Notes: generated by a model not told the origin, from the sequence alone. 64,000 nucleotides of DNA from an uncultured Thermoplasmatales archaeon (GCA_964612945.1 CAZTFR010000002.1:7497-71496), one strand, 5' to 3'; shown: positions 30,439 through 40,050, counted from the stretch's first letter. Numbers and translations are program-made.

Positions 30439-31680
30439 TTAGATATCCTCCCATTCTTTCAAGACTGATTCCCATTTATAATCCTTAATGCCTTTGATTT
30501 CTTCGATGCTTCGAATGATTTTTTCATAGCCACGTACTAGTGTTCGGGTTTGAATTTTTACGATGAAATCATAGGGTCCGGAGACTGCGGTAACCCGGGC
30601 GACTCCATTGATATTCCAGAGGTTCTGCATAATGTCATCAATTGAATACCCGGGTTTCATATGAATGAAAATATAGGCTTTTACCTGGGTGATTGCGTAG
30701 GAGACAATGCCAAGGACAATTAGGACGGTTCCAATGATTTTTAGAAGAATCATCACCGGGTCTGCAGAAACTGCAGGGGCAATAGCAAAATAGGACAAGA
30801 GAAGAGAGAGTGGGATGGTAAACAGAATGGTAGATGAGCGTACTGCTTGGGTCACACTTGCTTTTCCTATGCCAAGGGCGCGGATATAAAACACGTAGGA
30901 AAAAAAGGTAATTCCCATGCTGAGTGAGACAATGTTAACATGAGCAAATGCCTCCTGAAATCCCTCGATGAGATGGGTTGTTCCCATGAGTGCATCAAAG
31001 AGTATACTGATTCCAATAATAATGATACAGGAGAAGAGGACATTCCAAAAGCGGATGTTCATTGCGTCATTTGATCTTCGGTCAATTTTCAGGCGTTTCA
31101 GCTTCCGTTGGTAGATGGAAAAGAGCATCCATGCAGGGTTGACGACGAGAAACACAATCAGCATCGATTCAAGGGTGATCGTTCCAGTGAGACTAATGGA
31201 TCCCAGAAGGGCACCGAAGGTGACAATCATGGCTGATTGCACCTCAGGGAGCGTGGGGATATTTTTTTCCACCACTGATTCGATAAGTACAATGTAGAGA
31301 ATGGCGATTTGCGAAAAAGGAAGCACTGTTGAGGGATCACCCATCATTGACATTAAGGTGAGAAATCCAATAGTGAGAATGGCGTTTCCCACTCCGGCGA
31401 CAAGCTGATAGGAAATTTCTTCTTTTCGTATCAGTCGGAGACGCGTAAAGGAGGGATCGATATATCGTGCTCCCAGACTTTTTCCCTTCACTTTAAGAGA
31501 TAAGATGCTAATAAGCAGAAGCGAGATGGGAATTCCTACCAAGAAATTTGCCAGGGCAAACGCCCAGGCATTGGGGATAAATAAGGCAGAAATTGTGGCA
31601 TCAATGGTGGTCACAATAGATATTAAAATAGCAGAAGAAAATGCGAGCGCGTAAAAAAGATATTTTTTTCTTATTTTCAT
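30439..31680 (-). CDS. DMT/EamA-like 10-TM permease fused to a C-terminal Lrp/AsnC RAM ligand-binding domain
   Basis: 413 aa. ~10 hydrophobic helices are followed by AYIFIHMKPGYSIDDIMQNLWNINGVARVTAVSGPYDFIVKIQTRTLVRGYEKIIRSIEEIKGIKDY, a betaalpha-betabeta-alpha-beta RAM-domain pattern. Confidence 0.55.
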   Translation of the reverse strand: MKIRKKYLFYALAFSSAILISIVTTIDATISALFIPNAWAFALANFLVGIPISLLLISILSLKVKGKSLGARYIDPSFTRLRLIRKEEISYQLVAGVGNAILTIGFLTLMSMMGDPSTVLPFSQIAILYIVLIESVVEKNIPTLPEVQSAMIVTFGALLGSISLTGTITLESMLIVFLVVNPAWMLFSIYQRKLKRLKIDRRSNDAMNIRFWNVLFSCIIIIGISILFDALMGTTHLIEGFQEAFAHVNIVSLSMGITFFSYVFYIRALGIGKASVTQAVRSSTILFTIPLSLLLSYFAIAPAVSADPVMILLKIIGTVLIVLGIVSYAITQVKAYIFIHMKPGYSIDDIMQNLWNINGVARVTAVSGPYDFIVKIQTRTLVRGYEKIIRSIEEIKGIKDYKWESVLKEWEDI

Positions 31681-31916
31681 AGGGCGATTTCTTTTTCTAT
31701 GACATGAGTGGTGGTTTTTCGTACCCCCTCAATCATCTGTAGCTCTTCGGTCACTTTCAATAGTTTCTGAAGTGTGCGTACTTGCACGCGTACTACGATA
31801 TCATGTTCCCCGGCAACGATACTGATTTTACGAATATTTGATATTTTCCTCATCTGTCCGATTGCTTTATCGGTATTTCCGGGTTGCATGGCGATCATGA
31901 TATAGGCATGAATCAT
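31677..31916 (-). CDS. Stand-alone Lrp/AsnC-type RAM (ligand-binding) domain protein
   Basis: 79 aa: MIHAYIMIAMQPGNTDKAIGQMRKISNIRKISIVAGEHDIVVRVQVRTLQKLLKVTEELQMIEGVRKTTTHVI; 4-nt overlap (ATGA) with the permease start. Confidence 0.6.
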   Translation of the reverse strand: MIHAYIMIAMQPGNTDKAIGQMRKISNIRKISIVAGEHDIVVRVQVRTLQKLLKVTEELQMIEGVRKTTTHVIEKEIAL

Positions 31917-32045
31917 AGTCTTTTTTCACCTGTGATTTGAGGGCGAATATAGATGTCTCTTATAAATTTATGTATGTAATTTGATTTAATTTAGTTTCGT
32001 AGATAGCAATATGCTTATCAAAAACAATGTGTTTGTCGGTTATGC

Positions 32046-33752
32046 ATGGTCTCTGTTGCGATTCTTGATGGCTATGTCGATGAGCCGACCTGTCTTGGTG
32101 TACCACCCTATATAAGTCCGTATCCTCGGTATCTTGCAGGATCGGTGTATGCCTTTGATGCTCATGCGACGGTTCAATATGTAACGATTGATCAGCTTCG
32201 CATGCAACCCGCGCTTGGAAACAAGCTATCTGCATCTGATGTACTAGTTGTCATCGCAGGGATGCATGTGCCAGGGCGGTATCTCAGTGGGTATCCGGTC
32301 AGCCCTGGTGAGCTGCAGCGGTTTCTCCCCCGGATTTCTGGTCCCGTTAAAGTGCTTGCTGGCCCTGCGGCACAACGAGGATTTGGACTTGCTGGTGGAA
32401 AAAGAAGTGTGGACACGTCGACGCTTTCGCATCTCTTTGATGTCATTACCGTCGGTGACGGTGAAGCAGTTCTACCTGAGGTACTCTCAAGACTGCCTAT
32501 GATTGATTCTGTTGATTCCTCCCGCTGTCGCACACAAGATATGCTTCATGATTCTGCAGTAAAGGGTGCCTCTGTAGTCTCACAGCATCCCTTTTTCCCT
32601 TCATATCTTATCGCCGAAATTGAAACCTACCGCGGGTGTGCACGAAGTATTCGAGGCGGGTGCTCTTTTTGTAGTGAGCCATTGAAAGGATCACCACAGT
32701 TTCGCCCGATTCAGGATATTCTCGATGAAGTTTCCGCACTGTACCTCCAGAGGGTACGTCATTTTCGTCTGGGTAATCAACCCTGTCTTTTTAGTTATCT
32801 AGCCCATGATGCTCAGAAAAAAGAATTTCCGCGACCCAATCCAGAAGCACTTGAACAGCTATTTTCCGGTATCAGACAGGTCGCTCCTGATCTGAAAACA
32901 CTGCATATCGACAATGCAAACCCAAAGATTCTCTCCTTATATCCTGAGGAATGCACAAGGATTGCACAAACCATCCTTACCTATCATACTTCTGGTGATG
33001 TTGCTGCGTTTGGAGTGGAAAGCGTCGATCCAAAAGTCATCAAAGCCAATAATCTGAAGGCAAACCAGCAGGAGGTATTTGATGCAATAAGGCTCCTCAA
33101 CCATGTCGGCCGCAAACGTGGCAGCAATGGCCTCCCTGAGCTTCTTCCTGGGCTTAACTTTGTCTTCGGTCTTCAAGGTGAAACAAGGAAAACATTTGAT
33201 CTGAATCTTCAATTTCTTAAACAGATACGAAAACAAAACCTGCTTGTGCGAAGAATTAATCTCCGCCAGGTCATGCCACTACCCGGAACACCGATGAGCC
33301 GGTTTGGAGAAAAAAACATCCGCAAACACAAAGCATCATTCAAACAGTTCAAACGAACGGTTCGAGAGATCATTGATCGCCCCCTCCTCAAGCGGCTAAT
33401 CCCCGAAACAACAGTGCTTACTAATGTGTTCACAGAACTCTATCGTGGAAAAACAACCTTCGGACGTCAAATAGGAAGCTACCCCCTCCTCATAGGGATA
33501 CCAGGAATCCTTCCGCTTCATCAGTTCATCAACGTCAAAGTCATCGGATACGGCTATCGATCACTCACCGCGGTACCCTACCCCCTTGACATCAACACCA
33601 CCTCCCAAGAGACACTTACCGCCCTACCAGGAATTGGAAAAAAACGAGCCCTCCGAATCCTACGCAGCCGCCCCTACGAATCCACACAACAGCTGCTGCA
33701 AACACTGGATGATCCCACCGTTGCACAGACCTTGATGGAATACATAAACTGA
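32046..33752 (+). CDS. B12-binding-like / radical SAM protein (COG1031-type) with C-terminal helix-hairpin-helix
   Basis: 568 aa; N-terminal Rossmann-like B12-type domain; Cys cluster YRGCARSIRGGCSFCSE; C-terminal HhH LTALPGIGKKRALRILRSRP. Confidence 0.55.
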   Translation: MVSVAILDGYVDEPTCLGVPPYISPYPRYLAGSVYAFDAHATVQYVTIDQLRMQPALGNKLSASDVLVVIAGMHVPGRYLSGYPVSPGELQRFLPRISGPVKVLAGPAAQRGFGLAGGKRSVDTSTLSHLFDVITVGDGEAVLPEVLSRLPMIDSVDSSRCRTQDMLHDSAVKGASVVSQHPFFPSYLIAEIETYRGCARSIRGGCSFCSEPLKGSPQFRPIQDILDEVSALYLQRVRHFRLGNQPCLFSYLAHDAQKKEFPRPNPEALEQLFSGIRQVAPDLKTLHIDNANPKILSLYPEECTRIAQTILTYHTSGDVAAFGVESVDPKVIKANNLKANQQEVFDAIRLLNHVGRKRGSNGLPELLPGLNFVFGLQGETRKTFDLNLQFLKQIRKQNLLVRRINLRQVMPLPGTPMSRFGEKNIRKHKASFKQFKRTVREIIDRPLLKRLIPETTVLTNVFTELYRGKTTFGRQIGSYPLLIGIPGILPLHQFINVKVIGYGYRSLTAVPYPLDINTTSQETLTALPGIGKKRALRILRSRPYESTQQLLQTLDDPTVAQTLMEYIN

Positions 33753-33788
33753 TACATTAAAAAATGATGTCCGTATTTCACCTGTAGC

Positions 33789-34250
33789 ATGACCCTCAAA
33801 AACTATGAAATCTTAGAAGACGCCATAAACTATCATTTCACCAACAAGGCACTTCTTGAGGAGGCATTAACCCATAAAACCTATGCATTTGAGTCACCAA
33901 CACCGATTCAATATAACGAACGGCTCGAATTCCTTGGCGATAGCATCCTCAATTTCATCGTCGCCGAACAACTCTACAAAAGCAACCGCTACTTCTCCGA
34001 AGGAGAACTCACCCGACGACGTGCCTCTGGGGTCAACAATCGCTTCCTTGCAGATATCTCAAAAAAACTGGGAGTCGGTTCCTATCTCAACCTGGGACGA
34101 GGAGAAACCAAACAACATGGTGCAAAAAATAGAACCAATCTCGCCAACGCACTCGAAGCACTCATTGGCGCGATCTATTTGGACTCCGACATTGACACCG
34201 TCCGCGACTTTATTTTAGATACAATCTTTTCAAAACAATTTGTCTTTTAG
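33789..34250 (+). CDS. Mini-III-type ribonuclease III (catalytic domain only, no dsRBD)
   Basis: 153 aa with the RNase III signature ERLEFLGDSILNFIV and downstream acidic residues; too short for a dsRBD. Confidence 0.6.
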   Translation: MTLKNYEILEDAINYHFTNKALLEEALTHKTYAFESPTPIQYNERLEFLGDSILNFIVAEQLYKSNRYFSEGELTRRRASGVNNRFLADISKKLGVGSYLNLGRGETKQHGAKNRTNLANALEALIGAIYLDSDIDTVRDFILDTIFSKQFVF

Positions 34251-34500
34251 GTCACTAAAAACCGAATCGCACACCCTATTAGAAACACCACCGACAATGT
34301 GAGCAGATAAAACAGTGTCGTTTCCCATTTTTCATCGAGCAGTAACTGCACCCTTTCCTCACCACCACAGGAATTTTGTAGCAACAATAAATACTTTTCT
34401 ACTCATTTTACGACAGCTGACGAAAAAATAGAAAAATAAGCAAACGATAATGTATAATTAGGTAAAACACGATAACCTACTGTAGGAGCCGGATGCAACG

Positions 34501-34935
34501 ATGTTTGTAAAAGATGTAATGACCAAAGATGTTGTCACCATCGAAAGTAACAAAACTATATTTGAAGCCTGTCAAAAATATCAACAATACGGCGTCAGCT
34601 GCCTTGTTGTCATGACCAACGGCGTTGTCTCCGGAATTATCACAGAACGAGACATGATTGAGCGGGTCATCATCTCAGAAAAAGACCCCCTGAAAACCAC
34701 GGTAAATGAAATCATGTCAAAAAACATCAAAATGGTTCATGCATCAGCAAAAATTGAACAAGCAGCAGAGATGATGAAGGAAAATAAAATCAAGAAACTT
34801 CCGGTCATCCTCAACTCGGAAATCGTAGGCATCATCACTGTCACCGATCTTGCCAACTCTATGCCCAACCTTGCAAAAGAATTCGGAGTGACAAGTCAAC
34901 CCTTCAGATTCATCGGACCAACAGACGCAGACTAA
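34501..34935 (+). CDS. CBS-domain pair protein
   Basis: 144 aa, two CBS repeats (VMTKDVVTIE... / IMSKNIKMVH...KIKKLPV). Confidence 0.7.
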   Translation: MFVKDVMTKDVVTIESNKTIFEACQKYQQYGVSCLVVMTNGVVSGIITERDMIERVIISEKDPLKTTVNEIMSKNIKMVHASAKIEQAAEMMKENKIKKLPVILNSEIVGIITVTDLANSMPNLAKEFGVTSQPFRFIGPTDAD

Positions 34936-35158
34936 CATCAACACTAGAACGATACAATTTTTCAAAGATGTCGAAACGGAACCTATATAATTTTTATAGA
35001 GTACTTTAAAAAAAGACGAGTATAGACTATATATAATGTACACACCGTACTCTTTTATATCATCATGTTCATCACTAAAATAGACCATACGCGGTTCGAT
35101 ATTTAAGGGAGAGGACATAACAAAATGTCACTCTCCAATCCCTTAGGGATGAGATGAC

Positions 35159-35269
35159 ATGATAGCCTATATGAAAAAATGCCCCGGCTGTGGTTTAGGC
35201 GTGTTACAACAACTAACAATCTGCCCATATTGTGCAGCAGCAATCAACCAAATAGCACACCACAAATAA
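35159..35269 (+). CDS. Putative 36-aa zinc-ribbon peptide
   Basis: Manual translation MIAYMKKCPGCGLGVLQQLTICPYCAAAINQIAHHK*; two CxxC pairs; lies in an otherwise empty AT-rich spacer. Confidence 0.3.
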   Translation: MIAYMKKCPGCGLGVLQQLTICPYCAAAINQIAHHK

Positions 35270-35327
35270 TTACAAAAAAGATGCTAAAAGTCTCCTCACT
35301 ATATTATTTGTTGGCGAACGAGTTTTT

Positions 35328-35939
35328 TTAATCAGTATAGTTCCAGTTTTTATAGGTGTTATTTCGAATGATCTGCTGTTTGGTTTGCCCATCTAATTCT
35401 TCTGAGGAGAGCCGGTCAATAATGGTGCCTTCGGTATCTCGGACAAGAATGCTGCTCTCATCGGCGTTGTAATCTGTTGTATAAATGGTTCCATTTCGAT
35501 AAATCAGTCCTGCTTCTGAGTCATAGATGGGTTTTCCACCGAGCTGTAACTCCGGGTCGGCATCTTTGATGTCTTGCAGATTTTTCAGCTGGTAGGCGTC
35601 TTCGGCCATGGAAATCATGGTTCGAAATCGCTGGATGCTTTTCGGGTTTTTTTCATGTTTCAGCTGGTTTTTCACTAATGAGATGATCGCGGGGATATGA
35701 TTTTGATCTGATTCAAGTAAGATTTTTTTCCAAAACCAGTTGTAAATCTTACTTCCCCGTGCGTTGATATGCTCTGGCGGTTTTTCGGGATAGAGAATAA
35801 TGCGTCCGCTTAAGGTGCGGTGTTTTTTCCGCCATTCGGTGCGTTGCCGGTCAAGTTGTTTTTTCCTTTCCTTGTTGCGGCCCATTCTAATAAATGATGC
35901 ATGTTTCAGGATATAAAGCTTGTGGATGGGTGACTGCAA
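35328..35939 (-). CDS. Hypothetical protein (basic N-terminus)
   Basis: 203-aa ORF, no recognisable motif. Confidence 0.35.
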   Translation of the reverse strand: MQSPIHKLYILKHASFIRMGRNKERKKQLDRQRTEWRKKHRTLSGRIILYPEKPPEHINARGSKIYNWFWKKILLESDQNHIPAIISLVKNQLKHEKNPKSIQRFRTMISMAEDAYQLKNLQDIKDADPELQLGGKPIYDSEAGLIYRNGTIYTTDYNADESSILVRDTEGTIIDRLSSEELDGQTKQQIIRNNTYKNWNYTD

Positions 35940-35995
35940 GTACTTGTAGAGAATCTTTTAAATGAGGTATCTGGATATATTTTTCGTGTGGCACT

Positions 35996-36859
35996 GTGGA
36001 TGTCATTGAAACGTTTGATTTAACAAAGTATTATCGTAGGATTCGAGGAATCGAAGGGATTTCACTTTCTGTTCAGAAGGGTGAGATTTTTGGTTTTCTT
36101 GGTCCGAATGGTGCAGGGAAAACTACGATGATTCGTACCCTGCTTGGTTTTCTGAAGCCGACTGGTGGTCATGGTACCATCTTTGGCTTAGATATTGTCA
36201 AGGATTCCACGGAGATTAAGCCAGATGTGGGGTATATTCCTGGTGATTTGAGTTTTTATGGCTATATGACGGGGAGGCAGTTTTTATCCTATTTTGATGG
36301 TCTGCGTGGCTTTAATGGGTTTCTTCTTGAGGATCTTCTCAGCCGGTTTGATCTTCCTCTTGATCGTAAGATTAAGGGATATTCAAAGGGGATGAAGCAG
36401 AAGTTGGGGATTGTGCAGGCATTTATGCATGATCCAGAGTTGGTGATTATGGATGAGCCTACTTCGGGTTTGGATCCGTTGCTGCAGCAGGAGTTTTATG
36501 AGTTTCTTTTGAAGGAAAAGGATAAAGGAAAAACTATGTTTTTTTCGTCTCATATCCTCAGTGAGGTGGATAAGATTTGTGATCGGGTGGCAATTATTCG
36601 TGATGGTGAGCTGGTTGCCCTTGAGGATGTGGACACCTTGAAGGATCGGCGGGGGAAGAAGTTTCGGGTGCGCATTAAAGAGGATCCGTCGTCGTTTTCT
36701 GGTCCTTCGGAGATGACCATTCGGGATGGATGGATTGAGTTTACAAGTGATGATGATATTGATCGATGGGTGAAGAAGCTCTCCCGTTTTACGGTGCTTG
36801 ATCTGGAGATTCAGGAGTTTAGTCTTGAAGATATTTTTCTGCGGTACTATCGGGGGTGA
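35996..36859 (+). CDS. ABC transporter ATP-binding protein (ABC-2 type)
   Basis: Walker A GPNGAGKTT, signature LSGGMKQK-like YSKGMKQKL, Walker B VIMDEPTSGLD. Confidence 0.8.
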   Translation: MDVIETFDLTKYYRRIRGIEGISLSVQKGEIFGFLGPNGAGKTTMIRTLLGFLKPTGGHGTIFGLDIVKDSTEIKPDVGYIPGDLSFYGYMTGRQFLSYFDGLRGFNGFLLEDLLSRFDLPLDRKIKGYSKGMKQKLGIVQAFMHDPELVIMDEPTSGLDPLLQQEFYEFLLKEKDKGKTMFFSSHILSEVDKICDRVAIIRDGELVALEDVDTLKDRRGKKFRVRIKEDPSSFSGPSEMTIRDGWIEFTSDDDIDRWVKKLSRFTVLDLEIQEFSLEDIFLRYYRG

Positions 36860-36863
36860 TGAG

Positions 36864-37664
36864 ATGAGTGAGGTGTTTGCGTTGCGGGTGATGAAACAGA
36901 CCATGCGTGATCTGTGGAAGATTTCTCTTATGTTGTCGCTTCTTTTTGCAGGGATGGCGGTGATGTATTCTAGTGCATTTCCGTTGTTTAAGGAGAATCT
37001 TGAGGAGTTTGCAGAGGGTTTTGGTGGGTTTCCGTTGCGTGGTATGTCCGATTTTACCTCCTATGCTGGGTTTTTGAATTTGGAGTTGTATCAGATTTTT
37101 TGGCTTCTTATTTTAGGGTTGTTGATTGGGTTTCTTTCTGCATCATTGGTCTCCCGGGAGGTGGAGGGAAAAACCATTGATCTGGTGATGGCAAATCCGA
37201 TTTCTCGCAAACAGTTTATTTTCGAGCGATATCTGGGAATTTTGCCGATGATTCTTCTCGTTAACGTCGTCACTTTTTTTGCGGTGTATGGCATCACCGT
37301 TGCCATTGATGAAACCGTGGATGTGGGTAATTTAGTGTTAACTCATGTGGTTTCGATTCCTTATTTTTTTGCTATTGCAGCTGTTGGGCTTTTTGTGTCT
37401 GTTCTTTTTGATGAAAAAACCAGAGCGGGTATTGTAACAGTGGGCATTCTTATGGGGATGTATATTGTTCAGACGATTAGTCTTCTCTCTCCGGATTACG
37501 AAAATGTTGCTTATCTGAGTCTGATGCATTATTTTGATCCTTCGGAGACTCTTTTGTCTGGCTCTGCTGATGCATTTGGCCTAGTGGTGCTAATCGTAGT
37601 TACCCTTGAATGTTTGCTGGTCTCCATTCTTTTCTTTGAGAAAAAGGATATTGCGGTAAGCTAA
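36864..37664 (+). CDS. ABC-2 family permease
   Basis: 6 TM helices; start reset to MSEVF (ATG 36864) immediately after the ATPase stop. Confidence 0.6.
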   Translation: MSEVFALRVMKQTMRDLWKISLMLSLLFAGMAVMYSSAFPLFKENLEEFAEGFGGFPLRGMSDFTSYAGFLNLELYQIFWLLILGLLIGFLSASLVSREVEGKTIDLVMANPISRKQFIFERYLGILPMILLVNVVTFFAVYGITVAIDETVDVGNLVLTHVVSIPYFFAIAAVGLFVSVLFDEKTRAGIVTVGILMGMYIVQTISLLSPDYENVAYLSLMHYFDPSETLLSGSADAFGLVVLIVVTLECLLVSILFFEKKDIAVS

Positions 37665-37742
37665 AGCAGGGGTAGCTTGTTTTATACGAAACGTTTATAT
37701 CATGATAATGATGTATATTAGATATAAATAGGGGAAATTTAT

Positions 37743-40028
37743 ATGAAGAAAAGTGTAGTATTTTTCGTGGTCGTAGGAATCCTTATTGGCACAAGTTTTC
37801 TTGGATTTGCAGAAACGATACCTGATACATCTGCCGCTGTATCATCAGATGCGGCATCTGCATTGGTTCGCTTATATGTTGGTGATGATTTAAGCCGTGT
37901 CCCTCGTGAGTTTGAAAAGGTCGCCCGACATCCTGGGGAATCTGTTGATGTGATTCTGTCATCAGATCAGTTGGAAACTCTTGGTATGCGTGATGGTACC
38001 TATGAGGTGTTGATTTCTGATGTTGATGCCTATGATCGAACTGTTGCAGCTTCTTATCATAGCTTAGCAGAAACCGAGCAGATGCTTGCAGATATCGCTG
38101 ATGATTATTCGCAGATCACACAGTTGACTAGTCTTGGGAAATCCTATCAAGATCGGGATATCTGGTGTCTAGAAGTTTCTGATAACCCTGGTGTTGATGA
38201 GGGTGAGCCTGGTGTGGTCTTGTTGGGTCTTCATCATGCCCGTGAGTGGCCGAGTTTAGAGATTTGTTTGTATATCGCAGATACCTTGACCTCTGAGTAT
38301 GGATCAGATACCCAGTTGACCTCGCTTGTTGATTCCCGGCGGATTTGGATTGTTCCTTGTGTTAATCCTGATGGATACTACTATGATCATGATCAGGGCC
38401 ATGATTGGCGGAAAAACAGACATTATTTCCCAGAGTTTGGCACCTATGGTGTTGATTTAAACCGAAATTATCCGGGGTCCTGTAATGGTGATCCTACTGG
38501 ATCCTGGGGGTCTATTGGTATTGCCTCTGCGACTCATAACCCTGCGTATAGTACGTATTGTGGCCCAGGTCCGTTTTCAGAGTTGGAGACACAGGCAGTA
38601 CAACAGCTCTTTCTTTCAAACAATGTAAGTGCCTGTATCACCTGGCACACCTATTCTGAACTGGTTCTCTGGCCATGGGCATATTCTACTATTGCAAAAT
38701 CGCCGGATGATAGCTACATGAAACAAGTCGGTCAAGAAATTGCCTCACGGATTACTCGTCAGAGTGGATCTGGAACCTATACACCAAGTCAATCTTCAGG
38801 CTTATATCCTACGACGGGTGATACTACAGACTGGACCTATGGACATGCACATTATATCCTTGGTAGACCCACCTTTTCCTACACGATTGAGGCATGTTCC
38901 TCGTTTCATCCCTCTTCATCCTATCTTGATCAAATTGTATCAGAAAACTTTGATGGCGCACTTTACCTGTTAACGGAAGCTGAAAATATCCAACAGGTCG
39001 TCCCACGAGTTATTCCGCCACGGCTTCAGGATATTTCGTATAGTGAAACAGGTGATTACACCGTACAGTGGGAGGAGGTGAATCCTGCTGCTCAACCAGA
39101 TGTCTTTCAACTTGATGAACTGTCGGGTCTCTCGTATCATGTTGATGATGCTGAGACTCCCTCATCATACTGGGAGCTTGAGCGTTTTACTCTTTCAGAT
39201 GAACGAGCTCATTCTGGAGCACAGAGCTACCAATCACATCAGGGCAATGGCCGCATTTCCACGATGACCAGTATCATGCCACTTCCCATTCTGAATGTTA
39301 GCACGGTGAGTTTCTGGACCTGGTATAATATTGAGGAAAACTGGGATTTTGCCTTTTTTGAGGTAAGCAGAGAAGGCCGCTGTTTCGAAGTCATTGACTC
39401 CTACACGGGGTCCTCTGATGAATGGCAATACAAAGAGTATGATCTCTCTAAATATTATGGGGATTCTGTGTTTCTCCGATTCCGCTATTCCACCGATGAA
39501 GAAGTTACCGGGGAAGGATTTTATGTAGATGATATTTCCCCTCTTGCGCAGTTTGAAATAGTCGCCACTCTATCTGATACACTCACCACGGATTCCTATG
39601 AGATAACCGGAAGGCAAAATGGAACCTATTTCTATCGTATACGTGGAGAAAACAGCGAACACGGATGGGGTGATTTCAGCACCCTGCAATATGTATTAGT
39701 AGGAGATGCACAAGACACAGAACCTCCCTCTCTGACTCTGAGCAGACCGGCTCCGAATCGTCTCTATTTCAATAATCGAAATCTGCTTCCATTCTTTGCA
39801 ACAGTAATCATCGGTGAGATTACCATCGAAGCAGAAGCCTTTGACCCCTCAGGTATCAAAAAGGTAGAGTTTCTGATCAATGGCGACGTTCGGGAAACTG
39901 ATAGTACACCACCATACAACTGGACCTGGAAAGATAGTACCTTCTTAAAAAAGGAAATTAGCATACGTGCCAGTGATTATTTCGAAAACAATGCTGAGCA
40001 GCAAATTACTATCTGGAAATTCTTCTAA
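37743..40028 (+). CDS. Secreted zinc carboxypeptidase (peptidase M14) with long C-terminal extension ending in an Ig-like module
   Basis: Signal peptide; GLHHAREWPS zinc-ligand motif; C-terminal ~95 aa homologous to the C-termini of 27895..29103 and 43043..44350. Confidence 0.7.
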   Translation: MKKSVVFFVVVGILIGTSFLGFAETIPDTSAAVSSDAASALVRLYVGDDLSRVPREFEKVARHPGESVDVILSSDQLETLGMRDGTYEVLISDVDAYDRTVAASYHSLAETEQMLADIADDYSQITQLTSLGKSYQDRDIWCLEVSDNPGVDEGEPGVVLLGLHHAREWPSLEICLYIADTLTSEYGSDTQLTSLVDSRRIWIVPCVNPDGYYYDHDQGHDWRKNRHYFPEFGTYGVDLNRNYPGSCNGDPTGSWGSIGIASATHNPAYSTYCGPGPFSELETQAVQQLFLSNNVSACITWHTYSELVLWPWAYSTIAKSPDDSYMKQVGQEIASRITRQSGSGTYTPSQSSGLYPTTGDTTDWTYGHAHYILGRPTFSYTIEACSSFHPSSSYLDQIVSENFDGALYLLTEAENIQQVVPRVIPPRLQDISYSETGDYTVQWEEVNPAAQPDVFQLDELSGLSYHVDDAETPSSYWELERFTLSDERAHSGAQSYQSHQGNGRISTMTSIMPLPILNVSTVSFWTWYNIEENWDFAFFEVSREGRCFEVIDSYTGSSDEWQYKEYDLSKYYGDSVFLRFRYSTDEEVTGEGFYVDDISPLAQFEIVATLSDTLTTDSYEITGRQNGTYFYRIRGENSEHGWGDFSTLQYVLVGDAQDTEPPSLTLSRPAPNRLYFNNRNLLPFFATVIIGEITIEAEAFDPSGIKKVEFLINGDVRETDSTPPYNWTWKDSTFLKKEISIRASDYFENNAEQQITIWKFF

Positions 40029-40050
40029 AAAATTCGATACTAACATGGAT

